Shown: positions 1-10,223, counted from the stretch's first letter. The stretch is 64,000 bases of DNA from Bacteroidales bacterium UBA4814 (GCA_002402465.1 DHFW01000049.1:294937-358936), one strand, 5' to 3'. Notes: generated by a model from the sequence alone, not told the origin. A program made the numbers and translations.

Positions 1-1193
1 AAGCCCAGCATACCGGCATAAATCAGCAGGTAGTAAAGAAAGTTGAAATAATAAGCCGGGTTGGGGCCGTAACTCAGCAGGTAGTGATCCTGGCCGAGTT
101 GCAGGCTGATTAGGGGCGGATAGGTGGTGGATTCCTTTACGGAAAACATCAATGGAACGGTTGTGTACCAGTTGATTGCTTCGGTGGCAGGTTTTTTCAT
201 CCCTGCCCTGAAAACATGAAGTTCTGACTCGCTTAAACTGAGCGTCACAGCCTCCAGTGCTCCATTTCCATCGAAATCGAAGTGCTGTAAAAGGGCAAGA
301 CTATTGATTGAGCTCAGGGGAGAGCGTTTATTTAAGGAGAGGTTGTACACAAAAGTGCCCTCCCTGGCATTGGTAAAAACGACCATTGGTTGACCAGCGC
401 AGTTGTGGGTAACAAAGAAAGCGCTCACGTTCATGCCGGTATCGATGGTGTCGGTTATTTTGCCCTTTTGACTGAAGCTATACAACACCGCATTTTCGTT
501 AAAATGCCCCCTCAGGCTTATTCCTTTAAGTTCGGTTGCTCCATCCTTTTCAATCAACAAAGGCACAAAGGAGGTAGATCGCCCGGGAATCTCCACGGGT
601 TCAAACAGAAACTCAAGGTTCTGATCAAGCATCATCAGCCAGTTGCTGTGATCATGATACCTGGCCAGCAAAGGATCGATATTGGATGAGGACATCCCCC
701 TCATAATAATCTCTGGCTGCCCGTTTCCGGTTATGTCGGCCTGAAAAAGTCCGTTAATGTGGTAAGAGGACTCAGGGGAACGAGCCAGGGAGTCCTGGTC
801 GATATAATAGGCAAAAACGCTCCTTGGGAAACGGGAAAACCCGGTTCCTAGTCCAAATATCAGCTCCTTGTTTCCATCACCGTTCAGGTCCTGCATTTCT
901 GCTTCCAATAACCAAAGGTCGGGCTTGCCCCTTCCTGGTCCTGCCAGCGTAATGAAACGGATGCTGATAGAAGGATCGGGGTTATACAAATCTTTTACTG
1001 AATGAAGGAAAATGCTGTCGGATTTCAGGGTAAAGAAGAACAATTCCTTCTGCCCGCATTGATTGTAATCGCCCGAAATGGCGAAGGAGGGCCTGCCCAT
1101 ACCTTCTACTACCCCATTAAAATTCCATTGGTGGTACAATGTCTCCTTGTGATCGTAGATCGCAACCCAGGTAAAAACCCCGGTATCTCTCAT
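1..1193 (-). CDS. FG-GAP/VCBS-repeat membrane protein, partial (C-terminal part continues beyond nt 1)
   Basis: Hand translation of the minus strand gives one uninterrupted frame from nt 1235 down to nt 1. It is absent from the ORF track because it has no stop inside the window. Motifs DLNGDGNKELIFG and FDFDGNGALEAV resemble FG-GAP Ca-binding loops, and a hydrophobic C-terminal stretch (YYFNFLYYLLIYAGMLG) runs off the edge. The first ATG after the upstream in-frame TAG is at 1193. Confidence 0.6.
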   Translation of the reverse strand, partial: MRDTGVFTWVAIYDHKETLYHQWNFNGVVEGMGRPSFAISGDYNQCGQKELFFFTLKSDSIFLHSVKDLYNPDPSISIRFITLAGPGRGKPDLWLLEAEMQDLNGDGNKELIFGLGTGFSRFPRSVFAYYIDQDSLARSPESSYHINGLFQADITGNGQPEIIMRGMSSSNIDPLLARYHDHSNWLMMLDQNLEFLFEPVEIPGRSTSFVPLLIEKDGATELKGISLRGHFNENAVLYSFSQKGKITDTIDTGMNVSAFFVTHNCAGQPMVVFTNAREGTFVYNLSLNKRSPLSSINSLALLQHFDFDGNGALEAVTLSLSESELHVFRAGMKKPATEAINWYTTVPLMFSVKESTTYPPLISLQLGQDHYLLSYGPNPAYYFNFLYYLLIYAGMLG

Positions 1194-1235
1194 GTAAATT
1201 CTTTCTGAATTCCCATCAAGGGTCAGGTCGTCGCA

Positions 1236-1385
1236 CTACTCATAAACCCCTTGGGCCAGCTTCTTAGTTTGCACCACTTCGAGCAGGTACCGGTCGTAAT
1301 TAAAGGGCAGGAAAAGAATAATGATTACCGCAGGAATTACAGGTAAAACAAAGGGATTGACCAGAAAAGCGAGCAGCTTCTTCAT
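1236..1385 (-). pseudogene. Detached N-terminal signal-anchor segment of the FG-GAP gene, ending in an in-frame TAG
   Basis: ATG at 1385 gives MKKLLAFLVNPFVLPVIPAVIIILFLPFNYDRYLLEVVQTKKLAQGVYE, then TAG (1238-1236). It is in the same reading frame as the downstream 1235..1 ORF, checked codon by codon. Confidence 0.45.
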
Positions 1386-1511
1386 GCCCTTGCGCTAAAA
1401 AAAACCACAAATATTCGTCCTTGGGGAGGGGCTAAACCGTACTAAAATAATAAAAAGAACATTTTAAAAACAGAAAATTTTATTTTATGTGTTTTTGGGG
1501 TAATAAAATCA

Positions 1512-1716
1512 TTCGACCCCTTCAGGGTCGTTGATTTTCTAATCCATTTGTTTTGTTATAAACATATGACCCCTACGGGGTCAAAAAAGGAATCCAGTGA
1601 ATTGCTTTGGTTTTGATTGCAATAATTTCCTGCAGAATAATGATCCTGAAGGGATCACATGTTTATAGCCTGGAGAAATGTCACAACAAAAAAAAACGAC
1701 ACTGAAGGGGTCGAAG
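1512..1716. repeat. Nested inverted array of four REP-like hairpin units
   Basis: The outer pair is TTCGACCCCTTCAGGGTCGTT (1512-1532) and AACGACACTGAAGGGGTCGAA (1696-1716), whose reverse complement differs at 1 nt. The inner pair is TTATAAACATATGACCCCTACGGGGTC (1556-1582) and GATCCTGAAGGGATCACATGTTTATA (1642-1667), which are reverse-complement relatives. Each unit is itself a GC-rich hairpin. Confidence 0.65.
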
Positions 1717-1832
1717 GGGCAAGAAAAATACCTCGTCTTTCAAACCATAAAATTAAAACAGATATTTAATATTTGCAATAGCTTAATAATGTTTTATGGT
1801 CCCAAAGTTCAATTTAGGAGAGGGAAAAGGCT

Positions 1833-1874
1833 AAAATAAAGAAACCGCCTCATTTATGAAAAATAAGGCGGTTT
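1833..1874 (-). terminator. Rho-independent terminator downstream of tRNA-Gln
   Basis: Stem AAACCGCCT (1842-1850) pairs with AAGGCGGTTT (1865-1874). On the minus strand it is followed by CTTTATTTT. Confidence 0.6.
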
Positions 1875-1885
1875 CAGTGTTAAAG

Positions 1886-1956
1886 TTGACCGATCAGGAT
1901 TCGAACCTGAACAGGCAGAACCAAAATCTGCAGTGCTACCGTTACACCATCGGTCA
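1886..1956 (-). tRNA. tRNA-Gln (anticodon UUG)
   Basis: Hand-folded cloverleaf. Acceptor stem TGACCGA/TCGGTCA with a U1:A72 pair. D arm GTGT-AACGGTA-GCAC. Anticodon stem GCAGA/TCTGC with loop TT-TTG-GT. T arm TCAGG-TTCGAAT-CCTGA. CCA is not encoded. Confidence 0.9.
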
Positions 1957-2221
1957 ATACTTTTGGTTTCGGGTTGCAAAGATAAAACTATTTTTTTTTC
2001 GGTCAATTATTTTTTACAAAATAATGCCTTCCCATAACATAAATACTACCATTTCGTTAAATATAATAATTCAGGTTAAGTGCTGTATTTTAGGTGTTTG
2101 TGAATGAATGTTAAAAACCCGATTTTTTCCTGTGTTTTTTCATAACTTCGCAGGCGATTTAAAAACGGGCGCTTGCTTTAGGCCTGTTTAGTCATCTTAC
2201 CCCAAAAATCCTTTGCGAACA

Positions 2222-5200
2222 ATGGACGAAAAGTTGTACAAAAAGATCGACAACTACCTGGCCTGGGCGGCATTTGCCGTGGCAGCCCTTGTTTTTATGA
2301 TGACCGTTGAGCCCACCGCCAGCTTCTGGGATGCCGGCGAACGCCTCTCGGTTTCTTACAAGTTGCAGATTGGTCACCCCCCGGGAGCCCCGCTCTACCA
2401 AATGATGGCCCGTATGTTTTCCCTGTTGGCCCTGGGCGATGTGAGCCGGGTGGCCTTCTGGATCAACGCCATGTCGGCCTTCTTTGGAGCCCTCACCGTT
2501 AGTTTTCTTTTCCGAACCATTACCATACTGGCCAAAAAGCTGGTGGCCGCTACCGGCGAGGTAACCCGCGAAAAGGCCATTGCCATTTTCGGAAGTGGCT
2601 TTGTGGGTGCCATGGCCCTTACTTTTAGCGATTCCTTCTGGTTCACTGCCGTGGAAGCTGAAGTATACGTTACCTCGCTTTTCCTTACTGCATTCGTTTT
2701 CTGGTCCATCCTTAAGTGGGAAGCTTCAGCTCATGAAAGGGACAACCTGAAATGGCTGGTGCTGATTGCATACATCATCGGGCTCTCAATCGGAGTGCAT
2801 ATGCTTAACCTGCTGGCCATCCCAGCCATAGTTTTTGTATATTATTTCAAGAAATTTGAACCTACCCCCAAGGGCATTATCTTTACCGGAATTATTTCAG
2901 TGGTTCTGCTGGGTTTTATCATGAGTGTGCTGATTCCCGGCCTGCTTACCCTCGATTGGTGGTTCGAAAAATTCTTTGTCAACACCCTCAGGCTGCCATT
3001 CCATACCGGTACCCTGGCGTTTTTCCTGGCACTGATTGCAAGTATTGCCTATGGCCTATACTACACCCATAAGCACAAGAAGGTGTTGCTTAATACCATT
3101 ATCCTGGCTTTCACCTTTATCGTGATCGGCTACTCCTCTTTCTTTATGCTGGTCATTCGCTCCAATGCCCATGTGCCCATCAACGAAAACGCCCCCAAGG
3201 ATGCCCTGGCCATGAAAGCCTACCTGGGCCGCGAACAATACGGCTCCTGGCCGCTGTTGCATGGCCCCTATTACAACTCTCCCATGATCGATGCCGTTGA
3301 TGGGCGCCCTGTTTTTGGCAAGAACCGCGAAACCCGGCGCTACGAGGTAATCAACCCCCGTATTGGAGTGGAACCGGTATATCATCCCGACTTTACCACT
3401 ATTTTCCCCAGGATGCACAGTAGCCGCCCGCCCATTCATGTGAACGGCTATAAAAACTGGGGCAACGTTAAAGGCAGGCCAATGCGCTTTACCAATCCCG
3501 AAGGCAGAACCGAGGTGATTGAGAAGCCAACCTTTGGCGAAAACCTGCGGTTTTTCTTTGCCTATCAAATGGGGCATATGTATTGGCGGTATTTTATGTG
3601 GAACTTCTCCGGAAGGCAAAACGACATTCAAGGCCATGGCAGCCCGGTGGAAGGCAACTGGGTGAGCGGAATCAAATTTATCGATGCGGCCCGCCTGGGT
3701 CCGCAGGATAACTTGCCCGAAAGCATGACCTCCAACAGGGGCTACAACCGATACTATATGCTGCCGCTATTGCTGGGAATTATTGGCATGCTGTTTCAGC
3801 TGCGCCGCCGTCCCAACGACACCCTGGTGGTGGCCCTGCTGTTCTTCATGACCGGCATGGCCATTATCATTTACCTGAACCAAACACCTTACCAGCCTCG
3901 CGAGCGCGATTACTCATACATAGGTTCGTTTTATGCCTTCTCTATATGGATCGGGCTTGGGGTGCTGAGCATCTATCATTTCCTAGCCAAAAAACTCAAT
4001 GGAAAAATGGCTGGCTCCGCGGCTATTGTTATTGCCCTGCTGGCCGCTCCTGTGCTTATGGCGAAAGAAAACTGGGATGACCACGACCGCTCGGGCCGCT
4101 ACCTCACCCGCGATGTGGCCATTAATTACCTGAATTCCTGCGCTCCCAATGCCATTATTTTTACCAATGGCGACAACGATACCTTCCCGCTCTGGTATGT
4201 GCAGGAGGTAGAAGGCATACGTACCGATGTGAAAGTGGTGAACCTGAGCCTGCTCAATACCGACTGGTACATCGACAATATGATGCGGCGCAAAACCTAT
4301 GATGCCGACCCGGTGCCCTTTAGCCTCGAACCGCGACAATACCGCGATGGCACCCGCGACTTTGTGTACATGGTCGAAAACCCCAACCTCTCGGGCTACC
4401 AGGATTTGCGCAGCATAATACAGTTTGTGGGCAGCGACGATCAACGTACCCGCCTGCCTACCACACGTGGGTACGAAGATTATATTCCTACCAAGAATTT
4501 CCGCCTGCCTGTCGATGCGGCCAAGGTGCTGGCCAACGGCACCGTGGCCCCCGAAGATGCCCATCTGATTGTGCCGGCCGTAGAGTGGACCATCGACGAG
4601 TATGGCCTCAATAAAAACCATTTGATGGTGCTCGATTTTCTGGCCACCAACAACTGGGAGCGCCCCGTGTATTTTGCCATTACCACCGGTGGTGACTCAT
4701 ACATGGGCCTGGAAGAGTACTTCCAGCTCGAAGGCATGGCTTACCGCCTGGTGCCCATTCGTACCCCCGACGTGGACGGTCAGCCCGGTCGCATCAACAC
4801 CCGCATACTTTACGACAACATCATGAACAAGTTCGTGTGGGGCAACATCAACGACCCGAAGGTATACCTGAACGAAGACCACCGCCGCCTCACTGTTAAT
4901 TTTCGCAACATCATGCAGCGCCTGGCCCATGCCCTGATTGAAGAAGGAAAGACCGACTCGGCCGTGGCCGTGCTCGACCGTGCCATGGAGCTGATGCCCG
5001 AAAACCAGGTGCCCTACAATTATTTCAACCTGCTGCTGGCCGAAGCTTACTACTATGCCGAGGAGTCTGAAAAGGCCGGCGCCATTGCCATGCGCCTGGC
5101 AGAGCTCTATTCGCAAGACCTGGAGTATTATTTCTCCATTACCGGTCCGAAAGCCAGCTTCCTCGAACGAAACAAACAGGAAGCCCTGGCAGTGCTGCAA

Positions 5201-5302
5201 CGAATACAGTTTCTTGCCAGTGCCTTCGATCAGAACGAAATCTCTGAGTTCGCAAAAGAAAGTTTCGACACCTATTACCAGCTTTTCCTCAGAGGATTCT
5301 GA
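2222..5302 (+). CDS. DUF2723 / glycosyltransferase family 117 (TMEM260-like) polytopic membrane protein with a TPR-like C-terminus
   Basis: 1026-1029 aa ORF. The N-terminal motif TVEPTASFWDAGE and about 10 hydrophobic segments are typical of DUF2723. The ORF-track start at 2213 is TTG; the ATG at 2222 (MDEKLYKK) is more likely. Confidence 0.75.
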   Translation: MDEKLYKKIDNYLAWAAFAVAALVFMMTVEPTASFWDAGERLSVSYKLQIGHPPGAPLYQMMARMFSLLALGDVSRVAFWINAMSAFFGALTVSFLFRTITILAKKLVAATGEVTREKAIAIFGSGFVGAMALTFSDSFWFTAVEAEVYVTSLFLTAFVFWSILKWEASAHERDNLKWLVLIAYIIGLSIGVHMLNLLAIPAIVFVYYFKKFEPTPKGIIFTGIISVVLLGFIMSVLIPGLLTLDWWFEKFFVNTLRLPFHTGTLAFFLALIASIAYGLYYTHKHKKVLLNTIILAFTFIVIGYSSFFMLVIRSNAHVPINENAPKDALAMKAYLGREQYGSWPLLHGPYYNSPMIDAVDGRPVFGKNRETRRYEVINPRIGVEPVYHPDFTTIFPRMHSSRPPIHVNGYKNWGNVKGRPMRFTNPEGRTEVIEKPTFGENLRFFFAYQMGHMYWRYFMWNFSGRQNDIQGHGSPVEGNWVSGIKFIDAARLGPQDNLPESMTSNRGYNRYYMLPLLLGIIGMLFQLRRRPNDTLVVALLFFMTGMAIIIYLNQTPYQPRERDYSYIGSFYAFSIWIGLGVLSIYHFLAKKLNGKMAGSAAIVIALLAAPVLMAKENWDDHDRSGRYLTRDVAINYLNSCAPNAIIFTNGDNDTFPLWYVQEVEGIRTDVKVVNLSLLNTDWYIDNMMRRKTYDADPVPFSLEPRQYRDGTRDFVYMVENPNLSGYQDLRSIIQFVGSDDQRTRLPTTRGYEDYIPTKNFRLPVDAAKVLANGTVAPEDAHLIVPAVEWTIDEYGLNKNHLMVLDFLATNNWERPVYFAITTGGDSYMGLEEYFQLEGMAYRLVPIRTPDVDGQPGRINTRILYDNIMNKFVWGNINDPKVYLNEDHRRLTVNFRNIMQRLAHALIEEGKTDSAVAVLDRAMELMPENQVPYNYFNLLLAEAYYYAEESEKAGAIAMRLAELYSQDLEYYFSITGPKASFLERNKQEALAVLQRIQFLASAFDQNEISEFAKESFDTYYQLFLRGF

Positions 5303-5325
5303 CCCGAAAGGCTAAAATTTCCCTC

Positions 5326-5377
5326 ACACCCCTGTGGATACACGCTCTAATGTGCTAAAAAACAGGGGTGTTTTTTT
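5326..5377 (+). terminator. Rho-independent terminator
   Basis: ACACCCCTGT (5326-5335) pairs with ACAGGGGTG (5362-5370), followed by T7. Confidence 0.6.
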
Positions 5378-5396
5378 ATTATTGGAAAAAAAGTAT

Positions 5397-5404
5397 TACT
5401 TTTG
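5397..5404 (+). promoter_or_regulatory. Bacteroidota -7 promoter box (TAnnTTTG) upstream of rimP
   Basis: TACTTTTG lies 72 nt upstream of the rimP ATG. This is a motif match only. Confidence 0.35.
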
Positions 5405-5475
5405 CGCAGAATATTGCAGAACGCCAATTTGTTGAGGGGGCAATTAAGTCCCCTCTTTCTATAGGTGCCATTAAT

Positions 5476-5940
5476 ATGATCGACCGGAAAAAAATTGAAA
5501 CCATTGTTAACGAATACCTTGAAGGTTCTGATAAGTTCCTGGTAAGCGTTAATGTGCGGCCTGGAAACCGGGTGCAGGTGCTACTCGATGGCGAAAAAGG
5601 CATTCAAATTGTCGATTGTGCCCTGCTGAGCAAGCATATCGAATCGTTTTTCGACCGCGAGCAGGAGGACTACGATATGGAAGTGTCTTCGGTAGGCGTG
5701 GGTTCGCCCCTTAAAATGCTCAGGCAATACCATATTAATGTGGGCCGCCACATTATGGTGCTGGGGCACGACCACCGAAAAACCCGGGGAAAGCTTTTGG
5801 AAGTGACTGAGCAGGGCATTAAGCTCGAAAAAGAAAATGCCGGAAAAAAGAAGAAAAAAGATCAGGCCGAAGAAGACAAGTTTGTCTTTTTTGCTTTTAA
5901 CGACATTAAAGAAGCCCGCATTCAGGTTTCTTTCAATTAA
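5476..5940 (+). CDS. rimP: Ribosome maturation factor RimP
   Basis: MIDRKKIETIVNEYLEGSDKFLVSVNV... lies immediately upstream of nusA-infB, the conserved rimP-nusA-infB order. The ORF-track start at 5368 looks like a spurious N-terminal extension. Confidence 0.8.
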   Translation: MIDRKKIETIVNEYLEGSDKFLVSVNVRPGNRVQVLLDGEKGIQIVDCALLSKHIESFFDREQEDYDMEVSSVGVGSPLKMLRQYHINVGRHIMVLGHDHRKTRGKLLEVTEQGIKLEKENAGKKKKKDQAEEDKFVFFAFNDIKEARIQVSFN

Positions 5941-5987
5941 GACTGTTTTTAAAAACACAAGTATAACTAGTAACAGACAGCAAGAAT

Positions 5988-7223
5988 ATGGAAAGTATTA
6001 ATTTGGTTGAGTCGTTTTCCGAGTTTAAGGAATTTAAAAATATTGACCGCTCTACCATGATGCTGATCCTCGAGGATGTTTTTCGCAACATGCTCATGAA
6101 AAAATACGGGTCGGCTGATAATTTTGACATTATCGTAAACATCGACAAGGGCGACCTGGAGGTGTGGCACAACCGTGTGATTGTGGAAGATGGCGAAGTG
6201 GAAGACCCCAGCGCCGAGATCGCTTATTCGGAAGCCATTAAGATTGAGCCCGATTTCGAAATCGGCGAGGAAGTTTCTGAGCCGGTAAAAATGGCAGACT
6301 TTGGCCGTCGCGAAATCCTGGCCATACGCCAGAACCTGGCCTCAAAAATCCTTGAGCTGGAAAAAGACAGCGTGTACCGCAAATACATGGAGCGCGTGGG
6401 CGACCTGATCACCGCAGAGGTTTACCAGGTGTGGAAAAAAGAGATTTTGGCCCTCGACGACGAAGGCATTGAACTGATCCTGCCCAAAACCGAACAGATC
6501 CCTTCCGACTTTTTTCGTAAAGGCGATTCCGTGCGGGCCGTAGTTTCGCGCGTGGAAAACAAAAACAACAACCCGCTGATCATCCTTTCGCGTACTTCGC
6601 CTGTATTTCTCGAACGCCTGTTCGAACAGGAAGTTCCCGAGGTGTACGATGGCCTGATCACCATTAAAAAGATCGTACGCGTGCCCGGCGAACGCGCCAA
6701 AGTGGCTGTGGAAAGTTACGACGACCGCATCGACCCGGTTGGCGCATGCGTGGGTATGAAAGGATCCAGGATTCATGGCATTGTCAGGGAGTTGCGCAAC
6801 GAAAACATCGATGTGATCAACTATACAACCAACCCCAACCTCTATATTACCCGCGCCCTGAGCCCCGCAAAAATCAACTCCATAACCCTGGATGAGAAGA
6901 ACAAGCGCGCCGAGGTGTTTCTTAAGCCCGACCAGGTATCTCTGGCCATTGGGAAAGGGGGGTTCAACATTAAACTGGCTGGCCTGCTTACTGGGTATGA
7001 AATAGATGTGTATCGCGACACCGATGTGGAAACCGAAGATGTGGACCTGATGGAATTCACTGACGAGATCGAACAGTGGATCATCGACGAATTTAAAAAT
7101 ATTGGTTGCGACACGGCCAAGAGCGTGCTCAACCTAAGTGTGGAAGACCTGGTGAAACGCACCGACCTTGAAGAAGAGACCATTCTCGAGGTCAGGCGAA
7201 TACTAAAAGCAGAATTCGAATAA
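5988..7223 (+). CDS. nusA: Transcription termination/antitermination factor NusA
   Basis: 411 aa. An S1-like region (GDLITAEVYQV) and KH regions (DPVGACVGMKGSRI, ISLAIGKGGFNIKLA) are present. Gene order supports the call. Confidence 0.95.
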   Translation: MESINLVESFSEFKEFKNIDRSTMMLILEDVFRNMLMKKYGSADNFDIIVNIDKGDLEVWHNRVIVEDGEVEDPSAEIAYSEAIKIEPDFEIGEEVSEPVKMADFGRREILAIRQNLASKILELEKDSVYRKYMERVGDLITAEVYQVWKKEILALDDEGIELILPKTEQIPSDFFRKGDSVRAVVSRVENKNNNPLIILSRTSPVFLERLFEQEVPEVYDGLITIKKIVRVPGERAKVAVESYDDRIDPVGACVGMKGSRIHGIVRELRNENIDVINYTTNPNLYITRALSPAKINSITLDEKNKRAEVFLKPDQVSLAIGKGGFNIKLAGLLTGYEIDVYRDTDVETEDVDLMEFTDEIEQWIIDEFKNIGCDTAKSVLNLSVEDLVKRTDLEEETILEVRRILKAEFE

Positions 7224-7229
7224 ATTATG

Positions 7230-7237
7230 TAACTTTG
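7230..7237 (+). promoter_or_regulatory. TAnnTTTG -7 box upstream of infB
   Basis: TAACTTTG lies 47 nt upstream of the infB ATG. Confidence 0.3.
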
Positions 7238-7283
7238 CAAGATTTTTCGCCGGCTTCGATTTTTTGAAAACCTAAACCTGAAT

Positions 7284-10223
7284 ATGACTGAAGGTATTGT
7301 ATTAAAACGTTTGAGTAAAGTTGCCAGGGAGTTTAACATTGGTACTTCAACCATTGTAGAGTTTCTGGCAAAAAAGGGCATTGCTATCGAGAACAACCCC
7401 AACACCAAGATCTCGGAAAATGCCTATGAATTGTTGTATAAAGAGTTCCAGCAGGAAAAGAAGCTCAAGGAGGACACCCTGGGCAAGGGATTGCATTCGG
7501 TTGTCCGCACGCCCGTATCTATTGAGGAGCCCAAAGGAACCCGTGAAACCGAAAAGTCAGGTTTAGCCAAAGAAGAAGCCGAAGAAAAAGAACTTTTTAT
7601 AAAGGATAACAAGCCGGTTTCTGAGCCCACGGCCATAAAGGAAGAAGTGAAACTTCCCGGACCAAAGGTGGTGGGCAAAATCGAAGAGAAGAAGCCTGCT
7701 GAGGAAAAGCCCGCCGAGCAGCCAAAAGAGCAACCTGCTAAGGAAAAACCGGCCAGAAAGGAAACCCCATTGGCCGAGAAGCCCGCCGAGGCGCCTGTGG
7801 CGGAGACTCCCGCCAAAGAAGAAACCAGGGAAAAGAACGGGCTGAAGGTCGTCGGCAAAATCGACCTGGAGGCCACCAAGCCGGCCAGGAAGAAAAGCAA
7901 GAAAAAGGAAGAAACGGCTGAGCCGTCAAAGCCAGAAGCTAATGAAGAGGCCAAGGCTAAGACTCCCGCTGAAGAGACACCTGCCACTGAGGCCGAAAAG
8001 ACGCCCATCGTGCCCGAAACACCCGCCCCGGAACCCGAAGAAAAGAAAAGTGAAATATTCAAACCCGAGCGTGCCAAACTCGCCGGGCCTACCATAGTTG
8101 GCACCATTCAGCTGCCCGAGCAAAAGCAGGGCGACAAAAAACCGGTGGCTTCTTCTTCCGACCCCAACAAGTCGAAGCGCCGCAAGCGCAAGCGCATTAA
8201 CAAGAAAGAAAAAACCGGCGAGGTGGATGTTAGTACCACCCAAACCAACCGGGGTGCAAGTCCTGAACCAGGCAAGTCGAAAAAGCCACAGCGCCGTGAC
8301 CATGTGAAGCCCGAACTGTCGGACGAGGAAATCCAGCGCCAGGTGCGCGAAACCCTGCAAGCCCTGAGTGGGGGTGGAGGAAAATCAAAAGGATCGAAGC
8401 ACCGCCGCCTAAAGAGGGATATCCTGGAGAAAAAGCGCGAGAAGGAGGCTGAACGCGAAACCATGGAAGAAACCGTGCTGAAAGTGACCGAGTTTATTCC
8501 TGCTTCTGAGCTGGCCACCATGATGAATGCAAGCGTGAATGAGGTCATTGCCACTTGCATGAACCTCGGCCTGTTTGTGTCCATTAACCAGCGCCTCGAT
8601 GCCGAAACCATTTCCATTGTTGCCAGCGAGTTTGGCTTTGATGTGGAATTTGTTGGTCTCGACGAGAACAAGGATATTGAAGAACAGGAAGACCGCGAAG
8701 AAGATATGCGTCCGCGCGCTCCCATTGTTACCGTCATGGGTCACGTCGACCACGGTAAAACCTCGCTGCTCGACTTTATCCGTCATACCAACGTAATAGC
8801 CGGCGAAGCCGGTAGCATCACCCAGCATATCGGGGCCTACTCTGTAGTGCTCGACTCTGGGAAAACCATTACCTTTCTTGACACCCCCGGCCACGAAGCC
8901 TTTACGGCCATGCGTGCCCGCGGTGCAAGGGTCACCGACGTGGCTATTATTGTGGTGGCCGCCGACGACAACGTGATGCCTCAGACCGTGGAAGCCATTA
9001 ACCACGCCCAGGCTGCCAATGTACCCATTGTAATTGCCATCAACAAAATCGACAAGCCTACAGCCAATCCCGAAAGGGTGAAGGAAGAGCTGGCAAAGCT
9101 CAACGTGCTGGTGGAAGACTGGGGCGGAAAATACCAGAGCCAGGAAATTTCTGCCAAGGCCGGAACCAACGTGGAATTATTGCTGGAGAAAGTATTGCTC
9201 GAAGCCGAACTGCTCGACCTGAAAGCCAACCCTGCCCGCAGGGCTTCAGGAACCGTCATTGAATCTGCTCTTGACAAGGGCCGCGGCTATGTGGCCACCG
9301 TGCTGGTGCAGAATGGTACCATGCGTGTGGGCGATATTGTGGTGGCCGGGGTGCACCACGGAAAAGTCAAAGCCATGTTCAACGAACGCGGCCAGCGCAT
9401 CGATGAGGCAGGCCCCGCTACTCCGGTGCTGATACTAGGCCTCGATGGCGCTCCCCAGGCCGGCGATACCTTCAACGTGATGGAAAACGAAAGCGACGCT
9501 AAAACGGTTACCAACAAGCGCCAGCAGATTTTCCGCGAGCAGGGTCTGCGCACCCAGAAGCACATTACCCTCGATGAGATCGGACGCCGTATCGCCATTG
9601 GCGACTTCAAGGAGCTGAACATTATTGTGAAAGGCGATGTGGACGGATCAGTGGAAGCACTGGCCGACTCGTTGCTCAAACTTACCACCGAAGAGGTGCA
9701 GGTCAACATCATTCACAAAGCCGTGGGCCCCATTACCGAAGGCGATGTGCTGCTGGCCTCTGCTTCCAATGCCGTAATCATCGGCTTCCAGGTCAGGCCA
9801 TCCCTGGCCGCGCGCAAGCTGGCCGAGCAGGAGCAGATCGACATCAGGCTATACAGTGTAATTTACAATGCCATCAACGAAATTAAATCGGCTATTGAAG
9901 GCATGCTCGCGCCCGAAATCGAAGAGAAGATTGTTGCCAACCTCGAGGTCAGGGAAGTCTTCAAAATTACCAAAGTGGGTACTGTGGCCGGATGTATGGT
10001 GCTCGATGGCAAGATACACCGCAACTCCTCCATCCGTCTGATTCGCGACGGCATTGTGGTTTATACCGGAAACCTGGGCTCGCTCAAGCGCTTTAAAGAC
10101 GATGTGAAAGAGGTGTCGGCCGGTTACGAATGTGGCCTCAACATTGACCGTTTCAACGACCTGAAGGTGGGTGATATTATCGAAGCCTTCGAAGTGATTG
10201 AAATCGCACGGAAACTCAGCTAA
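7284..10223 (+). CDS. infB: Translation initiation factor IF-2
   Basis: 979 aa. G-domain motifs [20 protein letters not shown] and NKIDK are present. A long K/E/P/A-rich N-terminal low-complexity region precedes them. Confidence 0.97.
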   Translation: MTEGIVLKRLSKVAREFNIGTSTIVEFLAKKGIAIENNPNTKISENAYELLYKEFQQEKKLKEDTLGKGLHSVVRTPVSIEEPKGTRETEKSGLAKEEAEEKELFIKDNKPVSEPTAIKEEVKLPGPKVVGKIEEKKPAEEKPAEQPKEQPAKEKPARKETPLAEKPAEAPVAETPAKEETREKNGLKVVGKIDLEATKPARKKSKKKEETAEPSKPEANEEAKAKTPAEETPATEAEKTPIVPETPAPEPEEKKSEIFKPERAKLAGPTIVGTIQLPEQKQGDKKPVASSSDPNKSKRRKRKRINKKEKTGEVDVSTTQTNRGASPEPGKSKKPQRRDHVKPELSDEEIQRQVRETLQALSGGGGKSKGSKHRRLKRDILEKKREKEAERETMEETVLKVTEFIPASELATMMNASVNEVIATCMNLGLFVSINQRLDAETISIVASEFGFDVEFVGLDENKDIEEQEDREEDMRPRAPIVTVMGHVDHGKTSLLDFIRHTNVIAGEAGSITQHIGAYSVVLDSGKTITFLDTPGHEAFTAMRARGARVTDVAIIVVAADDNVMPQTVEAINHAQAANVPIVIAINKIDKPTANPERVKEELAKLNVLVEDWGGKYQSQEISAKAGTNVELLLEKVLLEAELLDLKANPARRASGTVIESALDKGRGYVATVLVQNGTMRVGDIVVAGVHHGKVKAMFNERGQRIDEAGPATPVLILGLDGAPQAGDTFNVMENESDAKTVTNKRQQIFREQGLRTQKHITLDEIGRRIAIGDFKELNIIVKGDVDGSVEALADSLLKLTTEEVQVNIIHKAVGPITEGDVLLASASNAVIIGFQVRPSLAARKLAEQEQIDIRLYSVIYNAINEIKSAIEGMLAPEIEEKIVANLEVREVFKITKVGTVAGCMVLDGKIHRNSSIRLIRDGIVVYTGNLGSLKRFKDDVKEVSAGYECGLNIDRFNDLKVGDIIEAFEVIEIARKLS

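Noticed and set aside
1236-1238. The in-frame TAG as pyrrolysine or reassigned-codon decoding.
   Set aside because: No pyl genes or other in-frame TAGs were seen in the window. Many genes here terminate at TAG normally (for example the ClC gene at 63564-66). Pseudogene or sequencing error is the simpler reading.
1512-1716. The possibility that the hairpin cluster is a small CRISPR array.
   Set aside because: The units occur in inverted rather than direct orientation. There are two different sequence types, spacing is irregular, and no cas genes are in the window.
5368-5475. N-terminal extensions implied by the ORF track. Affected starts are rimP 5368, pgi 10260, tdk 12422, nitroreductase 25018, YaiO-like 41900, lipoprotein 51232, Cys-rich protein 51778, uvrC 55677 and ClC 61773.
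   Set aside because: The extensions start at TTG or GTG, or run into upstream terminators or promoter boxes. They precede an ATG that yields the canonical family N-terminus or a proper signal peptide.
7424-8107. A 227-aa Ser/Gly/Ala-rich ORF antisense to the infB N-terminal region.
   Set aside because: It is the mirror image of the Lys/Glu/Pro/Ala low-complexity linker of IF-2, and has no independent start or stop context or promoter.
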